64,000 bases of DNA from Gekko japonicus (taxonomy: Eukaryota): contig NW_015172017.1 in the NCBI RefSeq assembly GCF_001447785.1, positions 37,717-101,716 of the forward strand. Direction: 5' to 3'. A model generated the notes under the pieces. It did not search any database. It was not told the origin of the DNA and saw only the letters and a list, made by a program, of their open reading frames with translations. A program made the position numbers and the translations under genes. Shown one piece after another: positions 46,187-59,700 of this stretch (position 1 is the stretch's first letter; the number at the start of each line of letters is the position of its first letter).

Positions 46187-46979
46187 TATCGTGATCTGGG
46201 CTGTGCAAGCAGGGCTGGCTCACTCACTAGGCGAACTAGGCGATCGCCTAGAGCGAGCTGGCCCTTAGGGGTGCCAAGCTGCACCCAACCCCGTACTCTG
46301 GGAGTTTCTTGATTATTTGTGTTTTTCATTCTTCCTAGAATGCATTTATTTTTGAAAATTGGTGGGCGCGTTGCGGGGGGGGGGGGGACAGAAGGGATCC
46401 TCGCCTAGGGTGCAAAATAAGCTGGGGCCGGCCCTGTGTGCAAGCAAAGGCCTAGCAGGCCCAGGGAGCCTGAATAGCAGTGAGAGGAGGCCAGGCCTAC
46501 AACTCCCAGAAGGCCCTGAGAGGTTTTGGTGCCAATTTTATCCAGTCACAGAGAAAGGGGACGTATGACAAAAGAGCTGGTACAGAAGAAGAGCTGTTCT
46601 TTCTTCCAAGAGAGCAGGGCCAGAGGGAAGGCTGCTGCTGGGAGAGACCCTCGCCCTGAGAGGAACGGTGAGTAGACTCAGGCCCAACGTGAGACAGTGA
46701 GCTAGGGACTGGTGGAGTCTAGTCGCGTTAGGGCATTTGGTGTCTTTTCTCTTCACCCACGTATCGTTATTGTTCTTGCACCTTGTTTGCTTCCCACATT
46801 GGGCTGACCTCCTGTACAAATAAACCTTTTATTTGTTGTTGGCTTTGCCTAGTCCTCACACCTATCATTCGGCCAAATAAGGGTGGTCTGGAGGTTGGGA
46901 GGGCGCTCTGGGCCTTCTCAAGGGATCCCGAAACCAGAGTGGTGGCAGCGTCAGGTGACGCCCCACCTGAGCCGTGACA
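46187..46979 (+). mobile_element. Solo LTR with nested hAT MITE (46210-46436)
   Basis: 5-bp TSD GTCCC; nested element has CAGGGC ends and a perfect 8-bp TSD TGTGCAAG. Confidence 0.82.
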
Positions 46980-47601
46980 GTCCCCCTGATATCTCCTCAG
47001 CCAGAGAAAGCGAAGTGGGAGTCACCTTGTGCACCTGAGATGAATTAGTACTCTCTGCAGTCTCTGAACCTTGACACGTTCGCTCCGCCCTTTGACCCCA
47101 CTGGGCCTCACCCCCTTGGCCCCACTAGTCCTGCTCCCGGAAGGGGGGCACTTCTTGAGCCCAAGTTGTGTCTTTTGCCAGGTCCATGTCTTCCAAAAGC
47201 TGACAGCTCTACCAGTCTGGTCAATCCGGCCTCTTACAGTCTCTGCCAACCTTTGGGATCAGGACGGAAGGCTTCTAGTTGAGAAGGCCGGCCCGGACCT
47301 TTGCCCCCCTTCTCTTGGAATGACCAGATGACACGGAGACATCGGAAGGTCCGTGCGGAAGAGCACAGAGAGACAGCTCAATAAATAATCTGGTCTAACG
47401 CAGCCTCTTCCAGGGCCACACTCAACACGGGAACGTGGCTTCCATGGATCCTAGCATTCACCAGGGCTTCGGGAAACACCCAAAGGAAGGGCTGAGAGAA
47501 GAAGGTCCGCTGCTGAGTTGCCATCACCCCTTTCAGGTTCTGGGCAACCAGGAAAGTATCTGAAGATGTCCTTTGGGGATCACCGCTCTGCACAGCCGGT
47601 C

Positions 47602-47725
47602 TTAAACGTAAGCGTTTTTGCCATACTTTCCGGCGCTGCTGGCGTTAGAATCCACACGGGGGCGGGCGGGCGTCAGGTTCGGGGCCGACGTCGCACTCTT
47701 CGTGCCCTTGTATGGATAGTTGTAA
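47602..47725 (-). CDS. CLDN15: CLDN15 exon 5
   Basis: [40 protein letters not shown]. Confidence 0.9.
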
Positions 47726-50700
47726 CTGTCGAGACACAAAAGGGGAGAGGGGGAGGAGCCAGAGTTACCTTTGGGTCAGTTTCGATATCATACTCACACA
47801 GGTTAAACATTCCCGAGCACCAGGGGTCATGGGTGGAGGCCATCAATGGATGATCTCCAGCCCGTTTCTCACTTGAGAGCCGAAGAGCCACAGCAGGCTG
47901 GCCTCTGGCTCTCGTTTCATACTTCCCCTCTACCTGCCTCTGCTGGGCCATGCCCACTGTGGTTAGGGTTGCCAGCCTCCAGGTGCGGCCTGGAGATCTC
48001 CTGGAATCACAACTGATCCTCAGAAGAAACAGATCAGCAGCACAAGGACACTCGCAGTGCAGCTGAATGTCAGCTACGTGTACACAAGACAATATTGTTA
48101 AACCATCTATTCACTTTAAAATACATTCAGCTAAACAGAACCTCGCCCTAACATGTCGAAAGCTCACTACCCAAGTTGTCCATGTACCTGCCTCTGCTGG
48201 GCCATGCCCACTGTGGTTAGGGTTGCCAGCCTCCAGGTGCGGCCTGGAGATCTCCTGGAATCACAACTGATCCTCAGAAGAAACCGATCCGCAGCACAAG
48301 GACACTCGCAGTGCAACTGAATGTCAGCTACGTGTACACAAGACACTATTGTTAAACCATCTATTCACTTTAAAAGACATCCAGCTAAACAGAACTTCGC
48401 CCTAACATGTTGAAAGCTCACTACCCAAGTTGTCCACGACCTCATTCCCAGACACGTTGCGGTTGGCTTCCCCTCCCTCGGGGGTCATTTTGTGGTTGTG
48501 CCCACCGCCCTCTGGCAGAATTCCAAAGGTGCCCAACAGGCTCAGAAGGGTTGTGGACCCCTGATATACACTGAGGTCCTTGGAGGAGGGATGGGATCAA
48601 GAAAGAGCCAGTCAGGTAATTTCTCAGGGTAAAGTGGCCTCTCACCCTAACTGGGAGCCTATCTCCGCGGCTTAATCTATAGACGGGGCAATGATTCATT
48701 CTTCTCCAGCAGGCCTCAGGCAACCACACACACAAAATCCTGCCTCACCTTTTCTCCGGCGGAGAGTGAACCCGACACGAGCTGAACAGGAACCCGCCAC
48801 CGATGATCGTCAGCAGCGATGCGCTCCAGCCCAGGTAGAGGGCGGGTCCAATTTCATACCTGGCCAATCAAAGAAACAATGTCAGCACCCGGCCCAGAAA
48901 CATCTGACAAAGGCTCCATTCCACCTAGCACTGCCAAACCCCTGGATGGGGGCCTGGAGATCTCCTGAAATTACAATTGGTCTTCAGGCCACAGAGATTA
49001 GTTCACCTGGAGAAGATGGCCACTCTGGAAGGTGGACTCTATGGCGTTATACCCTGTGGAGGTCCCTCCCTTCCCCAAACCCCGCCCTTCTCAGGCTCCA
49101 CCCCCAAAGCTCCAGGAATTTCCCAGGCAGGAGTTGGCAACCCCAATTCCACCCAGAAACATTCAAAGACAGAAGAGGAGGAGATTGGATTTATATCCCG
49201 CCCTTCACTACCCGAAGGAGTCTCAGAGTGGCTTACAATCTCCTTTTCCTTCCCCTCCTCACAACAGACACCCTGTGAGGTAAGTGGGGCTGAGAGAGCT
49301 CTCTCAAGAACTGCCCTTGAGAGAACAGCTCTGAGAGAACTCGTGACTGACCCAAGGTCGCACCAGCAGCTGCATGTGGAGGAGTGGGGAATCAAACCCG
49401 GTTCTCCCAGATCAGAGTCCTCGCTCCTAACCACTACACCAAACTGGTTGAAGCAATTCATAAATGTCTCAATGTAGGTGCAGGAATGACCCAAGGGGGG
49501 GGGATTTAATGATTACAAACTTTGGCAACTGCAATGGACCGCAAGAACTTTGCAGCCCAATAGAATCCGAGTATCAGGTTGCAACAGCTCTGGGAACACA
49601 CAGGGGACAATTAACCCAGTGAAGGCCCATGACTCTTGCCTTTGTGTAAGGCAAAAGAGACCAAGGGGTGCATTCTCTTAAGTCACCAGAGTGTGTGATA
49701 AGAGTTCACCGTTAAGCAAGATGTGTAGGCTGCTCAATGGTTGGACGGAAGGAGAGACAGATGACAGGCAGATACTAAGCCGTGAAAACAGCACCAAAGA
49801 GATTATTTCCCTTCTCCCTCAATTTCAGTATTTTCCTATCTCTCTTCCCCTGTCTCTATCAGCTGTCCTGTTGCAAGACTTACTTTGTGCCGGCAAAGAG
49901 CGGGTTAAAGAAGTCTCGGGTAATGTTGAAGGCGTACCAAGAGATCGTCACCATCCCACAGAGACCTAAGCAGGCAAGGGAAGAAGGAAAATGAAAGTGA
50001 ATTCAGAGGTGGAAGTCGTATTGGGGCTGCAGTGTTTACCTGTGAGCTAAAAAAGAATGGCTTGGGCTAGCTGACGCAAGCAGCGGCAGAGCCCAGCCAT
50101 CACCACTAGAGGGAGACAAAACCTTCCTGGGAAACAACCAATGGGAGCGCTGTATAGCAAAGAGAAAAGGGGACAGCTTCCCCATCTACACCCCAAGGAA
50201 ACGCTATCCCTTGAAATTATTTTATGGTTGTGGCTGCAAACAATGTTGTTGTTATTATCATTCGGCATTGTGTGTGGCATAGCCAGCAGATCCTAAGATT
50301 GTCCGGCAGCCAGACGTTCTAGCTCTTTTAGTGTTATGTACCACTAGGTGGCGATCTAGGCTTGTTTTTAAAGCAAGAGACGTTTCAGAGGTGGCTTCCC
50401 ATCGCCTGCCTCTGTGTCACGACCCTGGTATTCCTTGGAGGTCGCCCATCCAAGTACTAGCCAAGGCTGACCCTGCTTATGCACATTTTCAGCTGTGGAT
50501 CTCCCTCCTTTGGCATTTTTGGGAGGGACTGCTGCAAAAGGGAACGAAAGCACTCATCTAGTCAGGAACAATTACCCTGAATAGGCCCTCAGATGTATTT
50601 ATTTATAGAATCATAGAGTTGGAAGGGGCTACACAGGCCATCGAGGCCAAATGCCTGCTCCACCCAGGATCAGCCCAAAGCATCCTGTGTAATAAATAAA

Positions 50701-53700
50701 TAAAGCAATTATCCATTTGTATCCTGTCTTTCTCCCCTAAGGCAGGCCCAAAGTGGCTCCCATCATTCTTCTGTCTTCCGTTTCATCCTCACAACAATCC
50801 TGCAAGGCCGAGTGACTAGCCCAAGGTCCTCCGGCAAGCTTCCACGGCAGAGCAGGGATTCGAACCTGGATCTCCCAGATCCCAGGCGAACATGCTGACC
50901 ACTGCGCCACTCTGGCTAGGATCAAGAAGTGACCAGACCCAGGAGCAGAAGGTGACTGGACCAGGCAGCACGGCCCTCACTTCCAATGAACTTCCTCTAC
51001 CTTCAGTGACCTCGACATGAAGCCATGATGAAGGGCCATGACTTCATCCCTTTCCTGAAATGCCCTAGAGGGCCGGGACTGGTCTGTAAAGGAGACAGAA
51101 GCCCCGGGCAAAAGAAAACCTGGAAATGACAGCCGTGACTAGTTCTGTGGGGACCTAGAAGATGGCGGCCCTCTCTGCCCGAGGGTCCCTCTTCGCCAGA
51201 CTTACCGGCCAAGACAAACATGCAGCCTCCGACGACGGCCATCTTCGCCTTCACGTTGGGGTTCTCCTCTGCGACTCTGCTGCACTTGATCCCCACCATG
51301 GCACAGAGGAGCCCCAAGAAGCCCAGCACCAGCGCGGTGATCATGAGGGCCCGGGAGGCCTGCAGGTAGGCTGGAGGGGAGGAAGCAGAGCGTTGTAAGA
51401 TTCCAAAAGTCCCTGCCCTAATCCTTCTTAATTTGCGGCCCAAAACGTGTATCCAGAAGTCGATAAGAGAACTGATTTCAGTACTTTTAACTGCAGCGAA
51501 GTGTATCATTGCAAAGAATTGGAAAACCCAGTCTGTCCCCACTATAGACCATTGGTACACTAAACTATGGGAATATCTGATTGATGACAAAATTGCTGAA
51601 TGGTCCGCCCAGCATAATCTAATCGAAAGCACTCAAAGCCCAATGAACAAATGGAAGGTTTTGCTAGCTAAACAAAACAGGTTTATGATGCACAGGCCAC
51701 GTAATCCTTGGACAAATGCCTTGCCACTGTACATGTTTCATTAGGTTAAATTGCGGGTTACTGATACTGCATAACCTTTAGTTTTGTTGTTAGTTGTCTT
51801 TTAGTTTGATGCAGCTATAGTTATGTTGTTTGTCAACAAGATACTGTTTGGAAAGTTAACTTCTCCTTTTTGTTGTATGTTGATATACTGTAATAAAATA
51901 AAATTTATTGTATGTTATTGTATGTTGATATACTGTAATAAAATAAAATTTAAAAAGAAAAGAAAGCAGAGCTGCAGTTCCAGATCACCTCAGCATCGAC
52001 GCAGGCCGGACTCAACACAAAGGAGGGGCTCGGGTAAGCAACAACAGCAGGCCTGGCCACGAAGCCACGGGAAGCCCTTGCTGCAAGCTGCAGATTCCAC
52101 ACAAGTGAGGCCATTTCCCAGACTCCACAAATAAGCTCCATTTTAGAGGAAAGGGTGGCATTTACAGAATGGCTTCCCCGTGTGGGAAATTGTACTCGAG
52201 GAGCCCGTTATCTCTAGCCTCTCTCTGTATTTTGCCATGAAGTTACAGCCCCAAAAGGTTTTCAAGGCAAGAGATGAGCGGAGGTGGTTTCCCATGGCCT
52301 GCCTCTGCATAGTAACCCTGAACTTTCCTTGGAAGTCTCCCTTCCAGACATATCCTTGGAAGTCTCCCTTCCAAGTGCTAAGCAGGGCAGCTTCCGAGAT
52401 CTGATGAGATCGGGCTAGACTGTACTAGACTGTCAGGGCATCCTCTAATTCTACGCATTTGAGTTGCTTTTGTTATAAAAATGGCGAAACAGACATCTGT
52501 GAGTGCCAAAGCGGCAGGATTAATTAATTAAATTTATTTAAATTAATTATTTTATCTGATTGGCGATTGATTAATTGTCAGAAATGTATAGGCTGCCTCT
52601 GCAAAAGTCCAGCTTGAGGCAGCTTTCAAGTGAAACGCTTTTACTGTTGTTTAAAGGAGGCAGCTGTGATACAAATTTCAGTAAATGCTCATAAAAATAC
52701 CCCCTTTTTTAATTCAGTGGGTTTCTCCGGGTTTAAGAGAAAACCACCTTGCAATGCATTCCACAATGCTTTTTGTACTCATTGTCTGTGGAAATCTCAG
52801 AGTAATGTGTTGGAGATGGTGATTATTTTCAGAAACAAATCTGTTTAAAAAATGGAAGAAATTGGGGATACAGGGATGACATATATTTCGGGACAAACGG
52901 ATAACGGTTTGTCATGGTTCCCTTGGCGGAGAAAACACTAGATATCCGTGTTTCTTTCTCTGTACACACACGAAACTGCCTTATACTTCCCCTCTAAAAT
53001 GAAATACCGTAGTCAGCAGGATTCGAACCTGCGCGGGGAGACCCCAATGGATTTCTAGTCCATGGATTTCAAGTCTGCAGCCTGTGCTTCATTTACAAAT
53101 ACACAGTGTTTTCCTTTCATTCAACATTTCACTAACCAAATGAGACAAAGTTGTTCCCAACATGGAGTTGGAAACCCTAAACCTTGCTTAGGATAGTATT
53201 GCAAATAGACCAAAATGCTTAATGCTTTCTGTCCTATCAAAGGAAGTCTTGTTTTTATCACTGAACATCACTCCTCCTAATAGCAAACACTAGGTCCTAT
53301 AAGCAGGACAGTGCTACAGAGCCTTCCACACAGGAGGGGAGGATTTCCGTGTGTGCAGGGGAGTCCTGGACTCGAGGGGAAATGTCGGTTTATATTAAAA
53401 AGCCAACAGTTTCCCAGAAAGGACTGGGAACGCTCTTTGCCCCCAAAATCCAAGGAATACTGAGTGCAATTGAACATTCTTTGGGGGGGGAAAGGATGGG
53501 GCAGATGGGAAAACTGTTCTGACTGAACCTCTAACAGCACAGAGCAGGGGTGTCAAACATGCGGCCCAGGGGCCAGATCAGGCCCCCGGAGGGCTTTCAT
53601 CAGGCCCGCTGTGGAACTGGCCATCTCCTGCTTCCAGTTCTGCTGCTCCTGCTGCATCATAGCTTGCTTCGCCAGACTCTCTTAATCACTCAGCCATTTC

Positions 53701-56700
53701 ATGTTTTAACCGGGGTCCTAGACTCAGAGCTCGGAGCATGAGATTTCTGTGCTGAGCGTCAATAAATCAAAAGTAGGTTTGCAGCTTACGGAGCTAATGT
53801 TTTAAGCATGTTTTTATCTTAAGTAAAAAAAACCCACCCTATTTTAAGTTTTTAAAAACCCCTATCTCCGCTACCTGGCATTACATTTTAGGACACACAT
53901 GGCCCGGTCCAACAAGGTCTCATTTATGTCAGGCCCGGCCCTCATAACAAATGAGTTTGACACCCCAGGCTAGAGTTCCAGACTAGGATCTGGGAGTGTG
54001 TTTGGGAAATACCTGGAGATTTGGGGGTGGAGCCTGGGGAGAGTGGGGTTTCGGGTGGGGGGAAACCTCAGCAGAGCACGGTGCCACAGCCCTTCCTCCA
54101 AAACAGCCATTTTCTCCAGGGGAACTGATCTCCGTGGACTGGGGACCAGTTTTAGTTCAGTGGGATCTCCAGAGGCAGACCCCCCCCCCCACAGAGGCCA
54201 GCAAACCCTCTCTGGGAGCCCCAGGTTTGAATCTTCACTCTGCCGTGGAAGCTCGTTTGCTGACCTTGAACCAGTCACACGCTTTCAGCCTAACCTGCCT
54301 CACAGGGCTGTTGTGAGGATAAAAAGGACGAAAGGGGAATGATGTCAACTGATTTGGGTCTCCCCTGGGGAGAAAAGCAGGGTAAAAATGAAGTAAATCA
54401 GTATCCAGGAATGGGAGTAAGGGGTAAAAAGGGGGTCAGTGATTACAGTGGGGGCACATATCCTCCGGCCCCGGTTCGTACTCCCAAACTCTCCAAGGCT
54501 GTGATCATACACACGATTAACCCCGCGAATAGGCGCGAATGCCGGGTGGATTTAAAGGATGCAATCAGACATCTGGGAAGCGCCCCACAGCTGTCTGCAA
54601 CCCGTTCTGCTCAACAGCAGAAGCAGAGTTAAAAGACACCGGGGGAAATCCTGTCGTTGACGGGTTGCGACGGGCCACGGATGGACTTTCCCATGGTCTG
54701 ATCGCTCCAGCGCGCTCTCATGGCATCGGGATGGTCTGATCAAGCCATTCCCGACTCCGTGCCGTTGTTTTTTCCCCCCTTCACCATATGCGCATCATCG
54801 CAAACTCCACAGGGAGCCCTCGGTGCAATTCATTGATCCCTCGGTTAAGCGCATGGGGGGGAAATGGCACAAAACCCCCCCAACTCACCCGCAGTTGCGT
54901 CTGATCACGCACTGACGGACTGCGCCCGCAGCTTCAAAGGGAGGTGTGATCATGCAATGGCGGGTCAAATTCCTCCGGAGGAAATAGCCTCGTTTCCCCC
55001 TCCCCCCCATTTTTTCTGGCTCGTGTGACCGCAACCCAATAGTGCATGGAGAAGAAGAGGTTAAAAATAGCTCTCTCCCCACACTGATCCACAGGATCCA
55101 AAGTAGATGAGTAACTTTCTTACCATCCAGGCCCAATCTTCAGCAGCCACTGCTGTAGAACAACTGTAGCAGAGACCTAATTTTCTGAATTCTCAGCTAA
55201 CTTAACCGAAAGATATTCACTGAAGCTCAGCAGTGTATTTTGGTGGGGGAATATTCCCATTGTTTGGGGCCCCAATTAGTTGTCAGGGTGGACTGGGGAG
55301 GGGGAAAGGGCCCCGTCCCCAGCCTGCCTTCACCCTGCCACCCCCAAAGGAGGGAAGACACAATGCCCGGCCATCTACAAGCAGGAGAATGTGCCTGGTT
55401 ATGCTGCTGGGCCGGCAAACTGGCCAGGACCAGCTGTCACAGTGGTGGCCAGGAGCGCCTTTCACCAGCCAGTGGCATTTTCTGGACAAAAAAAGATCTT
55501 GCCACTGTGGCACATGCCTTGGTAACATCTAGACTAGACTGCTGCAGTGCACTTTATATGGGGCTGCCCTTGAAGACTGTCTGGAAGTTACAATAGGTGC
55601 AGAATGCAGCAGCCGGAATTCTGACTGGTGCGTGTCATTAGGGACCACATCATTCCACTCTTGTTCCACCTCCACTGGCTCCCACTTCGGGTCCAATTCA
55701 AGGTGCTGATACTGAGTTTTAAAGCACTGTACAGCTTGGGACAAGCATACCTTAAGGACCAGCTAGTCTCACCTATGAACCTACACAACCGCTCTGGTCC
55801 TCTTCAGAGGACCTGCTGCAGGTGCCCCCGCCATCTGAGGCTAGAGGGGTGGCAACCGGTGTAAGGGTCTTCACAGTCGAGGCAAAAGAAAATGTGGAAC
55901 TCCCTCCCCAGAGGGACATTCGCCTGTCCCCTTCTATCAGTCTTCCGCCAACGGGGGGAAGCCTTTTTGTCGCAAGCGGAGTGAGAAAGCAGCTTTAAAA
56001 TGTTTCCCATGAATAAGCGGCACCGAGCAGGATTTGAACCTGGATCTCCGGCGCGCCAATCAAACGGTCTAGCCCACTGCACCACACCGTCTCTCTCAAG
56101 GGCACAGACTTCTGCCTCGGGAGGTCATCTCGGGTTCTGTGCACTCCTGACACTGATGTGTATCTGGGCAAGTGTTCAGCGTCTTGTGAGATCTAAATCC
56201 CTTCGGTCCATTTTCTGCTTCAGTTCCATCTCTTTGTGGGAGGAAGAAAGCCCCATTGTGCTGGAGGGGGGGGGGGGGCGCGGCAATAAAATAAACACGG
56301 AAGAAGCAACAATCGACGGGTTTTTGCCATCCCTCCCTCGCGTCCCCTGGCAGCCCTCTCTCGCCCCTGCCCTGCTAACCGGGGGCGGGCTGGCGCAGTC
56401 CAGCTTCTCTGATCCTCCCCCATTGCCGTATGCCAGCTTGGCTCTCCTCTCCTGATCCAGAACGTGTCATGATTTACACATACACCAAAGCCACCCAATC
56501 TCCGTGAACCCCCCAAATACACTGACACGCATTGCAGACTTTTTAACCAGCCTATTTCTAGGCAAGCATGAGATGCAGAACAAAGCAACACAACCAAACA
56601 GCAATCCCTGAATACACAGTGCAGAGGTATTCATGCTAGAGACACACACAAACAGCATCACCACTATACAGAAATACAAACATAGGTTCATATCGTAACA

Positions 56701-59700
56701 CTGTGTTGCTGGGGGTGGCGGAAAGCACCACCAGGTCGCAGCCAACGTATGACAACCCCAGAGGCCAGAGACGTCCGGAGGTGGTTTGCCTTTGTCTGCC
56801 TCTGCAACTACAACCCTGGTCTTCCTTGGCAGACCCCCCCCATCCGAATGCCAACCGGGGCCGACCCCACTGGGCTTCCGAGAGCTGACAAGATCTGGCT
56901 AACCTGGGCCATCCAGGCTGTGTTGCTATGCCTTTTCAAATGTATTGGCTTCATTAATGCCTTTCTCCGCAACAGGGACCTAACCTGGATGGTCCATGAT
57001 AACCTGATCTTGTCAGATATCAGAAGCTAGGCAGGGTCGGCCCTGGTTAGTATTTGGATGGGTGACCTCCAAGGAATACCAGGGTCTTAACGCAGCGGCA
57101 GGCAATGGCAAACCACCTCTGAAACGTCTCTTCCCTTAAAAACAACCCTAGCTCGCCACCTAGTGGTGCATAATGCTAAAAGAGCTAGAACTTCAGGATG
57201 CCAGACAATCTTAGGATCTCCTGGCTATTCTACACACAAAGCCATACGATAATTGTTATTATTCCACAACAGGGACCCAAAGTGGCTTCTGTCGTTCATC
57301 TCTTCTCCAAATCGTCATAGCAGCCCTGTGAGGTAGGTCTAGTTGAGAGTCTGTGACTGGCCCAAGGTCACCCAGCGAGCTTCCCTGGCAGAGAGGGGAT
57401 CTGATCCTGGGTCTCCCATACCCTAGTTTGACACTGTAACCACTGCTAGTTTGCACAATGCACTGGACCTGCCAGCTTTTGCACTGGTGAAAAGGGGGAG
57501 TTCCTTGTGACCACCCCAAAAGGCTACACTGAGGGTCATAGGATGTGCATGGATAAAAGCTACGGGAGTATAGGAAGGCGTATGGGAGGGCCGGTGGCAC
57601 AGTCTACCCAGGTGTGTCAAACATGCGGCCCGGGGGCCGGATCAGGCCCCCAGAGGGCTTCTATCAGGCCCACAGCAGAACTGGCTGTCTTCTCCTTCTT
57701 CTTCGAGTTCTGCTGCTGCTGCTGCATCATCGTAGATTTGCAGCTTACAGATACATACTTGAACAGCACACTCAAGATTGCAACAGCACAGACATTTTGA
57801 TGCAATCGTTCAGAGCAAGAGGTGTCAGTTATCAGACACTGTTAAATAAACAAAATATTGCAAGAGTGCTGATGTTTTAAGCATTTTATTTTAAGTTAAA
57901 AAATCCACCCTTTTAAAAATAATTTTTTAAATAAAATTTATATCTCCGCTACCTGGCATTACATTTTATGACACACGTGCCCCGGCCCAACAAGGTCTCA
58001 TTTATAGAAGAAGAGAAGAGATTGGATTTATACCCCGCCCTTCACTTGGAGTCTCAGAGCAGCTTACAAACTCCTTTCCCTTCCCCTCCCCACAACAGAC
58101 ACCCTGTGAGGTAGGTGGGGCTGAGAGAACTCTGACACAAACTGCTCTTTTTCAAGGACAGCTGTGCCAGAGCTTGTGACTGACCCAAGGTCACATCAGC
58201 AGGTGCAAGTGGAGGAGTGGGGAATCAAACCCAGTTCCTCCCAGATTAGAGTCCGCACACTTAACCACTACACCAAACTGCCTCTCCAGTTTGTCAGATC
58301 CGGCCCTCATAACAAATGATTTTGACACCCCTGGTCTAGCCCAATCTCGTCAAATCTCGGAAGCTGAGCAGGGAGACCAGCAAGGAAAACTGCAGAGGAT
58401 GGCAACGGCCAACCGCCTCTCCTTCTCACTTGCCTCGCAAGCCCCTCGGCTGGGGTCGCCAGAAGATGGCTGCAACTTGACGGCATTTGAGACACGCACA
58501 GGGTAAAGAGAAGAACTGGCCGAGACAGAATGAGAAAGCAGAGCTGAATTCAGCCCAATGACTCGCCTCTCTCCTTCAGGAACGCTTCTCCCCTGGCAAC
58601 TCAGCAGCACGCAATCACCCTCCCCCTCGGAGGGGAGAGGAATTTCCAGATCCCATCCTTCGCCTGTCGGCCCCCCTGGGAGGTATGCACCTGTTTTGCT
58701 CCTTCCCATCCAGCGGAACCCTTCTGCAAACAGGAGACCAGGATGCCGGCTGGCACCATAAACTCTTTGACCTTTCGGGGCTGGAATCTCAGCCAGAACG
58801 CTGTTTGCAGTGGTATCTAACCAAGGGCCCCATAACGAGGGAGAAATGAGAAATGCTCACCACTGGAATACCAAAACAAACAGGATTCTTGCCTTTGTTT
58901 ATTAACAGCACCCTTCTCTCCCCACAGGCGGGGGCTCAAAGCAGCTTAGAACCTTGCTCCCGCCTTTCCTTTTCCCACAGCGACAGCCCTGTGAGGTAGG
59001 CCAGGATGGGAACAAGGCCCCCCCAGTGAGCTTCCATGGTAGCTGTGGGGATCTGAACCCGGACCGCCCAGACTCCTAGTCCGCTACTCTGTTCAGTACA
59101 CCGCACTGGTGGTACCTTAAAGGCAAACCAAAATGTCCTTCCAGCAGAGGTACCTGTGTGGGCTTACAGTCCACTCTTTCAGACCCTGTAAGGGAATCCA
59201 TCCCTCACTTCCATGTTGGGGTGCAGAAAGAAATAAGCAGCACAGACAAGGGGCCATGAAATGTAGGAAGCATGCCGTGAAATGTAATAGCATGAAATCC
59301 AGATCTAATCTAGAAAAAGACAGTATCCAGCAAGGTTCCCTCTAAGCTGTGGAGTCCTGTGAGCAAGAATTCTACTTTGTGAGCTACTTGCATTAAAGTT
59401 GTGAGCGAGCAATTTGGCTCCTGCATAAATTGGTGTCCTCTGGAGCCCTCCTTCCTGAGCTAAGGCAAAAATGTATGAGCCGGAGGCTGAAAAGCTGTGA
59501 GCTAGCTCACACTAACTCAGCTTAGAGGGAATACTGGTATCCAGTAGATGATTTCTTCCACTTTTTAAAGGTAAAATCAAACCATCAATCAAGGTAGTGT
59601 CTCTGACCAACCACTCTGACATATCGAGAGAGAGACACTCTGCACATGTTCCAGAACTCAAGGTTATCATACCACATAGTCCAGGATGGAATCCAGATAC

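Noticed and set aside
51003-51632. 209-aa single-exon membrane protein ORF
   Set aside because: CLDN15 exon 2 read through into intron and antisense L1 sequence.
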